Counted from the stretch's first letter, positions 38,603 to 47,786 are shown. The stretch: 64,000 bases of DNA from a bacterium (GCA_965262815.1 OZ253560.1:1715287-1779286); one strand, 5' to 3'. Notes: a model not told the origin generated them from the letters alone. Numbers and translations are program-made.

Positions 38603-39435
38603 CAGGACCGAACCACGACGGGCACCGGCGCCGCCTGGCTTTCGATTTCGGCCAAGACGGACGCCCGGATGCTTCTGAAGGCCGCCATCTCCTCAGTGCG
38701 CGCCGGGTCGAGGAAGATCGGTACTCCGGCGTCTCCCCCCGCGCAGACTGCCGGCGAGAGCGGGATCTCTCCCAGGAAAGGCAGGCCCAGTTCGTCGCTC
38801 AGCGCCCTGCCGCCTCCCTGGCCGAAAATGTAGGTACGCCTGGTCCGATCACCCGATCCGTCGTTGATGTAGAAACTCATGTTTTCGACGATACCCAGCA
38901 CGGGAACCCGCAGGCGCTGAAACATCGTGATAGACTTGCGGACGTCCAACAGGGCGACCTGCTGGGGTGTCGTGACGATAACGGCCCCGGTCAGCTCGGT
39001 AGACTGGACCAGGGTAAGTGCCGCGTCGCCGGTACCGGGAGGGAGATCGACCAGCAGATAATCCAGCTTGCCCCAGGCCACGTTTCCGAGAAACCCCTTG
39101 ACCATCTTCCCGACCAGGGGGCCTCGGTAGATCACCGCGTCCGACGGACCCGCGACAAAACCGACGGAAACCAGCCTGATTCCATGCTGAATGATGGGTT
39201 GGATACTTCCGGAAGGATCTTTTTCGAGGGACCCGGTAACGCCCATCATCTGGGGTACGTTCGGGCCGTACACGTCTGCGTCGAGCAGGCCCACCGACTG
39301 TTGCGCTTCGGCCAGGGCCAGGGCCAGGTTGACGCTGACGGTCGACTTTCCTACACCGCCCTTGCCGCTGGCCACCGCGATAACGTGCCGGATGCCGGTC
39401 AAAGACTTCTGTTGGGTTTCAGATTCCGCTGCCAA
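38602..39435 (-). CDS. apbC: Fe-S cluster carrier P-loop NTPase Mrp/ApbC
   Basis: Deviant Walker A VASGKGGVGKST, ParA/MinD fold, and a CxxC-like C-terminal region. Confidence 0.9.
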   Translation of the reverse strand: MAAESETQQKSLTGIRHVIAVASGKGGVGKSTVSVNLALALAEAQQSVGLLDADVYGPNVPQMMGVTGSLEKDPSGSIQPIIQHGIRLVSVGFVAGPSDAVIYRGPLVGKMVKGFLGNVAWGKLDYLLVDLPPGTGDAALTLVQSTELTGAVIVTTPQQVALLDVRKSITMFQRLRVPVLGIVENMSFYINDGSGDRTRRTYIFGQGGGRALSDELGLPFLGEIPLSPAVCAGGDAGVPIFLDPARTEEMAAFRSIRASVLAEIESQAAPVPVVVRS

Positions 39436-39490
39436 AGTTATCGACCCGCGCTAACGGAATGCCGGTGTGCCAGGTGTACGCTACACAGGC

Positions 39491-39814
39491 TTAAACGTAA
39501 AACGACTCGCCGCAACCGCAGGAGCCCTTGGCGTTGGGATTGTTGACCTTGAAACCGGCGCCCATGAGCCCTTCCACGTAGTCCAGTTCCGCGCCCATCA
39601 GGTAAATAGCGCTTTTGCTGTCGACAAAGACCCTTACGCCGTTCTGCTCGATAATCTGGTCGCTATCGCCGGCCTGCTTGTCAAAAGCAAGACGGTACTG
39701 AAAACCGGAACATCCGCCACCGGCGATCATAACGCGCAGTGCGAGGTCCGGATTGCCCTGATCCTCTATCATGGTTTTAATCTTGTCGGCGGCAATATCC
39801 GTTACAGTGACCAT
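39491..39814 (-). CDS. erpA: A-type iron-sulfur cluster carrier (IscA/ErpA/HesB family)
   Basis: GGGCSGFQY ... C-terminal GSCGCGESF motif. The start is taken at MVTVTD after GGAGG. Confidence 0.88.
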   Translation of the reverse strand: MVTVTDIAADKIKTMIEDQGNPDLALRVMIAGGGCSGFQYRLAFDKQAGDSDQIIEQNGVRVFVDSKSAIYLMGAELDYVEGLMGAGFKVNNPNAKGSCGCGESFYV

Positions 39815-39903
39815 GATATTCAACCTCCCATTGCAAAGACCGTAAGTGGTTTGATTTCCGTTATCTTGCATCGACCGGTATGAAACACCATATTCTATTT
39901 ATC

Positions 39904-39932
39904 TATATAACCACAAGTCCCGCGGTTGTCAA
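39904..39932 (-). promoter_or_regulatory. Sigma-70-type promoter for the erpA-mrp-JAMM-xdhC operon (TTGACA-N17-TATATA on minus strand)
   Basis: The minus strand reads TTGACAAccgcgggacttgtggtTATATA. Confidence 0.5.
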
Positions 39933-40017
39933 ATCCTTTATCCGAATCGCGGCGCGGGATCATCGCCTTAAACCCATGCGCTCCCTCCGAGCGAATCCTT
40001 CTGTGCACGGGGACAGT

Positions 40018-42093
40018 TCAGCGCAGCAAAAGCAGTTTGCCGCCTTCCTCGAAGGCACCGGCCTTCAACCTGTAGAAGTAGACTCCGCTCGGAACGGTCC
40101 GGCCGGCACCATCCGTGCCGTTCCATAGCTTCGAGTACCTGCCCGGTGCCTGATCGGCATCGATCAGTACCCGTACCTTCCTGCCGAGCAGATTGTAAAT
40201 CGTCAATGTGACACGGGAGGACTCCGTCAGTTCATAGCGTAACTGCGTGCTCGTGGCAAACGGATTGGGCGCGTTCGCATACAGCGTTGCCGCCAGGACG
40301 GCTGCGTCGCCGGGATCATAGGTAATCCGGGTAGCCACGGGCTCCGCCGACAGCGGAAAACCTTCCCGGCCGACGGGCTGCAGCCGGTATTCGTACGACG
40401 CTCCCGTCTGGACGGCCGTATCCGTGAAAACATAGGATTTCGAATTTTCGTTGTTCCCTCCTGTTCGCGTTACGGGTATGGAGGATAGCAGTTTGAAAGA
40501 TCCGTCGGGGTAGTTCCTGCGCTCGATCCGGTAGGAGAGGAGATTGATCTCCAGCCCGGCGGTCCAGGACAGAAAAACCCCGCTTGGGCTGCTTTCGGCG
40601 GTCAGATCAAGTACCGTTCCCCGTGATTCCGTCAACAGGGCGTTGAGCGCGTGGACGATTCCGTAACCGTTCAGCGTATCCGGTGCGGCGGCCTGGGTCG
40701 CGGTACTTCGCAACGCCCGTTGCACCCTGTCGGGCGTCCAGTGGGGATAGGCTTCCAGCAGCAGCGCGGCCACGCCGGCCACCAGGGGCGCAGAGAAGGA
40801 AGTGCCGTCGCTCCGAAGGTAGTCGTCCATGGAAAGGGGATCCACCGTATAGACGTCTTGCCCCATGGCCATCACGTCCGGCTTGATGCGGCCGTCGAAG
40901 GTGGGGCCGATGGACGAGAACGCAGTTCGCCTGCCCGCGGCATCCACGGCGCCCACGGAAACCACCTCTTCCGCGTCGGCCGGCGCTCCCATCTTTTCGT
41001 AAGGGAAACCGCCCAGGTTCCCCATGGCGTTCACGACCACGATGCCGCGGCGCGCCGCCATCGCCGCCGCCCTCGTGACGACGGCCGTTTCCCCGTCCAT
41101 GTCGGAATAGGTGTACCAGTCGCTGTACCCGACCGAACTGCTGATCACGTCCGCCCCGAGACTGTCGGCCCATTCCATGGCGGCAAGCCACCAGTCCTCC
41201 TCGATCTCCACCTCGAATGGGACGGACTCCGTGTTGGCCAGTAGGTAATGGGCACCGTAGGCCGGTCCGATCAGCTGTCCCGGCGCATAACCGCCGATGG
41301 TCGAAAGTACCTGCGTGCCGTGTTCGTGGAATTCGATTTCACCGATCTCGAATTCGTCTTGAATGAAGTCGCGTTCACCCACAACCCGGGTTCTCAGGCT
41401 GTCGAAGGCCACGTGATCCAGTTTGAATCCTGTATCGAAGAGCGCCACCAGCACACCGTGGCCCGACAGACCCAGGTCGTGCAGTTCCGGTACGCGCAGT
41501 TGGTTCATCTGGATGTCCGAGGGGCCGTAATCGAGTTGCGTAGCGCGGACCGTGCGAAGCCCTAGGCCTGTTTCTGCCTGTCCCTGTTGTTGCGACGGGA
41601 CCGGCGACGGCCGCCGCAAGCTGGTGACTGCTTCGATTTTCAACACGAAAGACTGGTCGGCCAGTTGTAGAATATCCGCCGGCGCGATGGATACGCTCGC
41701 CGCGTTGATCCATCGGGACACCTGCAGGACCCGTCCTCCAGATTCTACGATCCGGGCAACATAGGGAGCATGAACCGGTATGTCCTCCCAACCCGTCAGC
41801 CTGTCGCTTCGTGTAGTTAGCCGGCGGCGTGCCCGGGGCATCAGGCGGTCTTCGGCGGCGCCCAGGGCAGCGCCGATCTCCCCCTCGTCCTGGATCCCCT
41901 TATCCGCAAGGTAAACCCAGACCTTCATCGATTCACCGGGTAATCTCGAAGCAATTTCATTCTGAAGGCGGTCGGATATCTTCCTTTCGTCTTCGGGGGA
42001 GGCGGTCTGCCGCAAGGGCCGCTGATCGGGCGGCGGACTCCCGAGCGCGTGGGAGGTTAGCAAAACGGCCAGGATCGGCCAGCAAATTTTCAT
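40018..42093 (-). CDS. Secreted S8 (subtilisin-like) serine peptidase with T9SS C-terminal sorting domain
   Basis: Signal peptide MKICWPILAVLLTSHALG. Catalytic D (ALFDTGF), H (HGTQV), S (GTSFSAPLVAG). The C-terminal Por_Secre_tail-type CTD is LYANAPNPFATSTQLRYEL...VTLTIYNLLGRKV...GVYFYRLKAG...LLLLR. Confidence 0.88.
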   Translation of the reverse strand: MKICWPILAVLLTSHALGSPPPDQRPLRQTASPEDERKISDRLQNEIASRLPGESMKVWVYLADKGIQDEGEIGAALGAAEDRLMPRARRRLTTRSDRLTGWEDIPVHAPYVARIVESGGRVLQVSRWINAASVSIAPADILQLADQSFVLKIEAVTSLRRPSPVPSQQQGQAETGLGLRTVRATQLDYGPSDIQMNQLRVPELHDLGLSGHGVLVALFDTGFKLDHVAFDSLRTRVVGERDFIQDEFEIGEIEFHEHGTQVLSTIGGYAPGQLIGPAYGAHYLLANTESVPFEVEIEEDWWLAAMEWADSLGADVISSSVGYSDWYTYSDMDGETAVVTRAAAMAARRGIVVVNAMGNLGGFPYEKMGAPADAEEVVSVGAVDAAGRRTAFSSIGPTFDGRIKPDVMAMGQDVYTVDPLSMDDYLRSDGTSFSAPLVAGVAALLLEAYPHWTPDRVQRALRSTATQAAAPDTLNGYGIVHALNALLTESRGTVLDLTAESSPSGVFLSWTAGLEINLLSYRIERRNYPDGSFKLLSSIPVTRTGGNNENSKSYVFTDTAVQTGASYEYRLQPVGREGFPLSAEPVATRITYDPGDAAVLAATLYANAPNPFATSTQLRYELTESSRVTLTIYNLLGRKVRVLIDADQAPGRYSKLWNGTDGAGRTVPSGVYFYRLKAGAFEEGGKLLLLR

Positions 42094-42647
42094 GGGGGAC
42101 TTTCGTGGTCGGGCCCGCCGGGCTTGCTGACGGATTTTCGTCTGATCCGGTACAGCATGAGTCCGAGGATTGCCAGAAAAACAACGCTTCCCAGGGCCAG
42201 TGAAAGATCCACGCCCAGGGCGCCCGCCATCTGCCTTCCGAGGTAGAACCCCAGGACGCCGCCGATCTTGAACCGCAGGGACTCGGGAAGAATCGGGATC
42301 AGGCTCCCCGTTGCGATGCCAATTACCATGAGGACAAGGAGCCAACCGGATTGGGCGAACAGTATCAACGGACGCTGAACCCGGATCCTGTTCCAGGCAA
42401 GTAATCCTATGAGGATGGGCAGAACGTATGCCCCGTATCCCAGGGCGAGCATCGCCCCGTAGGAAATCAGGGCGCCGGGACGGCCGGCCAGGTTGACCAC
42501 TTCTTCCGGATCCTGGCTTGAATTGGGGTAATCATTTTCCGCGTGGGTTACCAGGCTGACCAGGACGAAGACCGCGACGGGAACCAGGAGAATCCCGATC
42601 GCGTGCATGCGGCGTTCGATGGCTCGGCTGAACGGAGGGAAGCTCAA
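42090..42647 (-). CDS. Stand-alone FtsK N-terminal 4-TM domain-like membrane protein
   Basis: Four TM helices with FtsK_4TM-like motifs (SLVTHAENDYPNSSQ; VNLAGRPGALISY; GAYVLPILIGLLAWNRIR vs E. coli FtsK SFNPSDPSWSQ / HNLGGMPGAWLAD / MAYTIPVIIVGGCWFAWR). No motor domain. ATGA overlap with the protease gene. Confidence 0.6.
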   Translation of the reverse strand: MSFPPFSRAIERRMHAIGILLVPVAVFVLVSLVTHAENDYPNSSQDPEEVVNLAGRPGALISYGAMLALGYGAYVLPILIGLLAWNRIRVQRPLILFAQSGWLLVLMVIGIATGSLIPILPESLRFKIGGVLGFYLGRQMAGALGVDLSLALGSVVFLAILGLMLYRIRRKSVSKPGGPDHESPP

Positions 42648-42668
42648 TCGATTCGCTCCCGTCAGAAG

Positions 42669-43469
42669 CTATTGGATCTCACGTGCATGGTTCACGGCGT
42701 TCCGGAATATGTGCAGTCCGTCGGGCTCCCGGCCTCCCTCCCGTGTCCACCGTGGATGATGGGTCGGGTGGGTGTAACGCTCTGGATGAGGCATGAGCCC
42801 GAAGACCCGTCCCGTTCCGTCGCAAATCCCGGCAATGGCATCCACCGAACCGTTCGGGCTCCAGGGATACCCGGCCTCTCCGGCGTCCACCCAGGGCGGA
42901 TTGGTGTACCGAAGCGCGACGTGACCGCCGGAACCCAGCCGATCCCGCACTTCCGGTGAAGCCAGCATGACCTTGCCTTCTCCGTTAGCGACCGGAATGT
43001 AAATGGTCTCCGGCATGTCGCGGGTGAAGACGCAGGGGCTCTCCGGGTTTCTGCGCAGGTAGACCCAACGGCATTCGAATTTCCCGGAGTCGTTGTAAAA
43101 CACCGTCGCTTCCTGCTGTCTCTCGCCCTGTTTCGTCTGGGGCAGGAGTCCCATCTTGACCAGCACCTGGAATCCATTGCAGATGCCGAGAATGAGTTTA
43201 CCGTCCCCGATGAAGGATTCCACGTCGTCCATCAGCCTGCACTGCAGTTCGTTGGCGAGCACCTTGCCGCCTGAAATATCGTCTCCGTAGGAGAAACCGC
43301 CGGACAGGACCAGTATATTGTATTCGGACAGGCTGCGGCGTCCGCGTATGAATTGGTTGATGTGCACGGGATCCACCCGCTCGGCGCCGGCAAGGCGGAA
43401 AGCGTGGGCCGTTTCCTCGTCGCAGTTGATCCCCGCGGCGCGCAGAATCAGGACGGAAGCAGTAGACAT
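42669..43469 (-). CDS. purQ: Phosphoribosylformylglycinamidine synthase subunit PurQ (glutaminase)
   Basis: Class-I GATase with catalytic Cys in LGICNGFQVL. 266 aa. Confidence 0.92.
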   Translation of the reverse strand: MSTASVLILRAAGINCDEETAHAFRLAGAERVDPVHINQFIRGRRSLSEYNILVLSGGFSYGDDISGGKVLANELQCRLMDDVESFIGDGKLILGICNGFQVLVKMGLLPQTKQGERQQEATVFYNDSGKFECRWVYLRRNPESPCVFTRDMPETIYIPVANGEGKVMLASPEVRDRLGSGGHVALRYTNPPWVDAGEAGYPWSPNGSVDAIAGICDGTGRVFGLMPHPERYTHPTHHPRWTREGGREPDGLHIFRNAVNHAREIQ

Positions 43470-43518
43470 GGACTCTCCCGGATTCGAAAGGGAATGGCTG
43501 GCGTTACGCCGTGGCGCG

Positions 43519-45951
43519 TCACCATCTCAGGGGACGCTGCCAGGCTTCCTTCAAGGTGCACAGGTCAGACGATACGACCTCTTCTCCGCCCAGCCCGCGC
43601 ACGAGAAAGCGATCATCGCCGGTTACGACTCCCACGCGGCCGAAAGGACATCCGTCCATTTGCGTTTCGAAATCGGTCTCGCGGCCCCGGGGTACTTCCA
43701 CCACGAAGCGGCTGTTGGATTCGGAAAACAGGACGACGTCGTCGCGGTCCGCGCCAGGATCCCGGGGAACGGCGCCCAGATCCATCGTCATGCCGAATCC
43801 ACCGGCGAAGGCCATCTCCGCCGCGGCAACGGCCAGCCCGCCGTCGGAGCAGTCATGACACGCGGATACGAGTCCCCGGGACATGGCCTGGTGCAACCCG
43901 TTCATATTCCCGCCGCCGGCGGCGGCGTCCACGGTCGGTACGTTTCGGCCGATGTATCCCAGCATGCGGTAGTACTGGGAACCACCCAGTTCGTTGCGGG
44001 TAAGTCCCACTACGTAGATCGCGTTGCCCGGCGACTTGACATCCATGCTGACGGCCCGGCGAACGTCATCCATCACGCAGATGGCCGATATGAGCAGCGT
44101 GGGCGGGATGGCAATGGTCCGGCTGCCGCCAGAAAACTCGTTGTAGAAGCTGTCTTTACCTGATATGAAAGGCGTGCCATAGGCCACGGCCGTGTCGTAA
44201 CAGGCCCGCGCCGCACGGACCAGCGCGGCGAGCCGGTCGGTCTTGTCCGGGTTTCCCCAGCAGAAATTATCCAGCAGCGCCGTATGTTCGATGCTGCCTC
44301 CCACACAGGTGATCTGCCGCAGGGCTTCGTCTATGGCGGAGGCCGCCATCCAGTAGGGATCGATATCTGCATAGGATGGATTGATGCCATTGGCGACGAT
44401 GACGCCCCTGTTCGATGACAGCACGGGGCGCACGATGGCGGCGTCCCCGGGGCCGTCGTTACGGGCGCCCTGCAGGGGCTTGAGTACGCTGCCGCCCTGA
44501 ACCTCGTGATCGTATTGCCGCACGACCCATTCCTTGCTCGCGATGTTCCACGACGACAGCAACCGGGTCAGGCTCGAGGAGGGATCGGACCGGTCGGATT
44601 CGGCGGGTTCGGGATGGTCCGGCGGTTCCCACCGGGCCGTCCGGACGATGCGCGGCACCCCCCTGTGCAGGAATTCCATGTCCAGGTCCGCGACAGTGGT
44701 CTGCTCACCGTCCCCATGCACGTCTCTGCAGGTTACCCTCAACCGCCGGTCGCCGGTAAATGCGCCGATCACCGTGGCCTCTACGTCCTCGCCCGCGCAG
44801 AGTTCCCGCAGCGCATCGATGCGATCGGGCGGGACTGCCAGGATCATGCGCTCCTGGGATTCCGAGAGGAAGATCTCCCACGGTTTCAATCCACCGTATT
44901 TGAGGGGCGCCAGTTCCAGGTGCACCACCGCGCCCGTTTCCTGGCCCATCTCACCGATTGCCGACGAAAACCCCCCGGCGCCGCAGTCGGTGATGTTCCG
45001 GTAGAGCATGCGGTCCCTGGCCTGCATCAGCACGTCGAGGATCTTCTTCTCCTCGATGGGATTGCCGATTTGAACGGCCTGCGTAGCGGTAGATTCCGAA
45101 GTCTCGGTCAGTTCGATGGAAGAAAACGTGGCGCCGTGGATGCCGTCCCGGCCCGTCTTCCCGCCTATGGTGACAATGTAATCACCGGGTTCGGCCGACT
45201 TTTCACACCGGTCAACCGGAATGACTGCGGCGGTGCCGCAGTACACCAGCGGGTTGCCCAGAAAACGTTCATCGAAGAGGATGGCCCCGTTGACGGTCGG
45301 TATGCCCATGCGGTTGCCGTAATCCCTCACGCCCGCGACGACACCCTTGAAAATCCGCTTCGGATGCAACACGCCTTCGGGAAGCTCGTCGTAGGGGAAG
45401 TCTGGCGGAGCAAAACAGAACACATCCGTGTTGAAGATGGGCCGTCCGCCCAGGCCCGTGCCGAGCGGATCGCGAATGACCCCGCCGATACCCGTGTTGG
45501 CTCCGCCGTAGGGATCCAGCGCCGACGGATGGTTGTGGGTCTCGACCTTGAAAACGAGGTGATAATCTTCGTCGTACTTGATGATGCCCGCGTTGTCGAC
45601 AAACACGGAAACGCACCGGTCTTCGTTACCCTTCTGCCGGCGGATATCCTCGGTCGCCTTCCTGATGGTGTGGGCGAAGAGGTTGTCAATGCGCTCTGTC
45701 CTGCCATCCGAAACGTAATCAATGACCCCGTTGAAGACCTTGTGCTTGCAGTGCTCGGACCAGGTCTGCGCCAGCGTTTCGAGTTCCACGTCGGTCGGAT
45801 CGCGGCCGATCTCGGTGAAATAGCGGCGAATCGACCGCATTTCCTCCAGGTTCAGGGCTAGCATGCCTTCCCGGCTCAACCGCGTCATTTCGTCATCGGA
45901 AGCCTTCAGCAGGCGAATGTTTTCTACCGTGGTATCGGTGGCGGAAGTCAT
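43519..45951 (-). CDS. purL: Phosphoribosylformylglycinamidine synthase subunit PurL
   Basis: Duplicated PurM-like (AIRS) domains, 810 aa, downstream of purS and upstream of purQ. Confidence 0.92.
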   Translation of the reverse strand: MTSATDTTVENIRLLKASDDEMTRLSREGMLALNLEEMRSIRRYFTEIGRDPTDVELETLAQTWSEHCKHKVFNGVIDYVSDGRTERIDNLFAHTIRKATEDIRRQKGNEDRCVSVFVDNAGIIKYDEDYHLVFKVETHNHPSALDPYGGANTGIGGVIRDPLGTGLGGRPIFNTDVFCFAPPDFPYDELPEGVLHPKRIFKGVVAGVRDYGNRMGIPTVNGAILFDERFLGNPLVYCGTAAVIPVDRCEKSAEPGDYIVTIGGKTGRDGIHGATFSSIELTETSESTATQAVQIGNPIEEKKILDVLMQARDRMLYRNITDCGAGGFSSAIGEMGQETGAVVHLELAPLKYGGLKPWEIFLSESQERMILAVPPDRIDALRELCAGEDVEATVIGAFTGDRRLRVTCRDVHGDGEQTTVADLDMEFLHRGVPRIVRTARWEPPDHPEPAESDRSDPSSSLTRLLSSWNIASKEWVVRQYDHEVQGGSVLKPLQGARNDGPGDAAIVRPVLSSNRGVIVANGINPSYADIDPYWMAASAIDEALRQITCVGGSIEHTALLDNFCWGNPDKTDRLAALVRAARACYDTAVAYGTPFISGKDSFYNEFSGGSRTIAIPPTLLISAICVMDDVRRAVSMDVKSPGNAIYVVGLTRNELGGSQYYRMLGYIGRNVPTVDAAAGGGNMNGLHQAMSRGLVSACHDCSDGGLAVAAAEMAFAGGFGMTMDLGAVPRDPGADRDDVVLFSESNSRFVVEVPRGRETDFETQMDGCPFGRVGVVTGDDRFLVRGLGGEEVVSSDLCTLKEAWQRPLRW

Positions 45952-46436
45952 TTGCCCCCTTCGTAGCAGGAATACCTCTCGATCACGTCGTTGGCCAGCA
46001 GGCGGCGGCAGATGGTGTCGATCTGCGGCCTGGCAAGCGAACCCGCCAGGATATATCCCCTTCCCGTGTCCACCGATTCGATCCCCGAAATCCCGAGGTC
46101 AAGGCCACCTTTCAAGGTCGTCTCGCCCACGGCGTCGGTCACACCCGGTCTGAGCCACACCTCCACGCCCCATTCCCCGGACTTGACCGGGAGGGCGAGG
46201 GTGTCCGTTTCAAGGTGGTTCTGGGAGACCGGATCGGTGAGTAAAATCCTGGTGATCTGATCCACTTCCACATCCGACAGTGCGCCGTGAAGGGCATAGA
46301 GCCGGACGTAACGCACACGGTCGACCCCGTCGATCCCCAGGTCAATGATATCGCCGCGAAGCCCTTCGCCCACGGCGTCCACCACGTCTTCCTTGTTCAC
46401 GACAGCGATACGCCAGGTTTTCGATTCGGAGGTCAT
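45948..46436 (-). CDS. purS: PurS, duplicated (tandem PurS-PurS fusion)
   Basis: Two roughly 75-aa PurS-like halves (RIAVVNKEDVVDAVGEGLRGDIIDLGIDGVDRVRYVRLYAL / GVEVWLRPGVTDAVGETTLKGGLDLGISGIESVDTGRGYIL). ATGA overlap with purL. Confidence 0.75.
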   Translation of the reverse strand: MTSESKTWRIAVVNKEDVVDAVGEGLRGDIIDLGIDGVDRVRYVRLYALHGALSDVEVDQITRILLTDPVSQNHLETDTLALPVKSGEWGVEVWLRPGVTDAVGETTLKGGLDLGISGIESVDTGRGYILAGSLARPQIDTICRRLLANDVIERYSCYEGGK

Positions 46437-46985
46437 CCGCCGTTTTCCCCACGGGATGGATCACGGGTCAAGCGAACCTGCGCCCGATTTTGAGAGTGCC
46501 AATTTATCCACGGCCACCCCGTATGTCAATCCTAAAGGGAAAACACTTGACTTACCGGGCCATTCCATGTACTTTGGCAATACTGAGGACTGTCACCCTG
46601 GCTAAGCCTTCCAATAAGCCCGTACATCTATATTTCGGTTTGTTTGATGGCAACCCCTAGCAGTTCCCGCAGTCTGATCAAGAACGTATATTCAGGTATA
46701 AATCGCACCCGCTGGATTATCCTTCCGCTTGTCTGACGATGGCGTCTTTGCCGCTCGTTTTTCTCTGACAGGATCCTGTATGGCACGCATCGTTCGACAC
46801 ACCGTTTTAACCACAAGGAAACACGTTGTGACGGAACCCGCGCCTGCATAGGCCGGAGCGGAACAGGTGGACTACGCGTGGTGCATGGCGCGGATGGGAG
46901 GTGACGCAAGATCGCTACATCAAATCAAGAGTCCTATGGCAACGGGGCGAGATACGAACAGGCGCTGTATCGCTACCTGGCCGAA

Positions 46986-47786
46986 ATGTCCAAGTATCCG
47001 TTGATAACGGCCGAAGAGGAAGTCAGGCTGGCCCGCCTGATCAAGCAAGGTGACCAGAACGCTTTGGATCAGCTGGTGAAGGCCAACCTGAGATTCGTCG
47101 TCAGCGTTGCCCGTCAGTATCAGAACTACGGCTTGCCCCTGCTGGACATGATCAACGAAGGCAACATGGGCCTGATGCGGGCCGCCAAGAAGTTCGACGA
47201 AACAAGGGGTTACAAGTTTATCTCCTATGCCGTCTGGTGGATACGCCAGGCCATCATCCAGTCCATAGCAAACCAGTCGAGAACCGTGCGGGTTCCCGTC
47301 AATCGCTCTGAAGAACTCCGACGAATCAAGCAGACCTCCAAACATCTTCAGCACGAACTCGGTCGAAAACCCGATATCGATGAAATCGCCCAGGAAATGG
47401 ACATCACGGTCGAAGAAATAAACGAAGCGCTCAGTTCATTCAGCCATTGCATCTCCCTCGATGTCCCCTTCAATCACGATGACGACCGCAGCCTGCTTGA
47501 CCTCCTGCCCGATGAAATGCAGACGGCGCCGGACGAAAACACCATGCTGCAGTTCCTGAAGTCGGATGTCGGCAAGGTGCTGGACACGCTTCCGGACCGG
47601 GAAGCGGAGGTAATCCGCCTGTATTTCGGCGTAGGTTCGGTAAGGGCCCATACGCTCGAGGAAATCGGCATTCGTTTCGGTCTTACGAGGGAACGGATTC
47701 GCCAGATCAAGGAACGGGCACTGCAGCGGTTGCGTCACGCTACCCGAAGCGGCAAGCTCAGTCCCTATCTCCGTGACGATGACTAA
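46986..47786 (+). CDS. rpoD: RNA polymerase sigma-70 family factor, short primary-like form lacking region 1.1
   Basis: Regions 2.1-2.4 (DLVKANLRFVVSVARQYQNYGLPLLDMINEGNMGLMRAAKKFDETRGYKFISYAVWWIRQAI), region 3, and region 4 (EVIRLYFG...LEEIGIRFGLTRERIRQIKERAL). The upstream in-frame YEQALYRYLAE suggests a real start 5' of the first ATG. Confidence 0.88.
   Translation: MSKYPLITAEEEVRLARLIKQGDQNALDQLVKANLRFVVSVARQYQNYGLPLLDMINEGNMGLMRAAKKFDETRGYKFISYAVWWIRQAIIQSIANQSRTVRVPVNRSEELRRIKQTSKHLQHELGRKPDIDEIAQEMDITVEEINEALSSFSHCISLDVPFNHDDDRSLLDLLPDEMQTAPDENTMLQFLKSDVGKVLDTLPDREAEVIRLYFGVGSVRAHTLEEIGIRFGLTRERIRQIKERALQRLRHATRSGKLSPYLRDDD

Noticed and set aside
39440-39490. Possible sigma-54 -24/-12 element (TGGCAC-N5-CATTC on minus strand) between erpA and mrp
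   Set aside because: The -12 element lacks the conserved GC dinucleotide (TTGC). The match is too weak.
43318-45861. Plus-strand ORFs 43318..44163 (281 aa), 43353..44003 and 44506..45861 (451 aa)
   Set aside because: They are antisense to purQ and purL, have no motifs, and have an R/G/P-rich composition.
46628-46909. 93-aa minus-strand ORF in the rpoD leader
   Set aside because: It has no start context or homology, lies in a low-GC non-coding region, and is likely spurious. The region is retained as a leader/ncRNA candidate instead.
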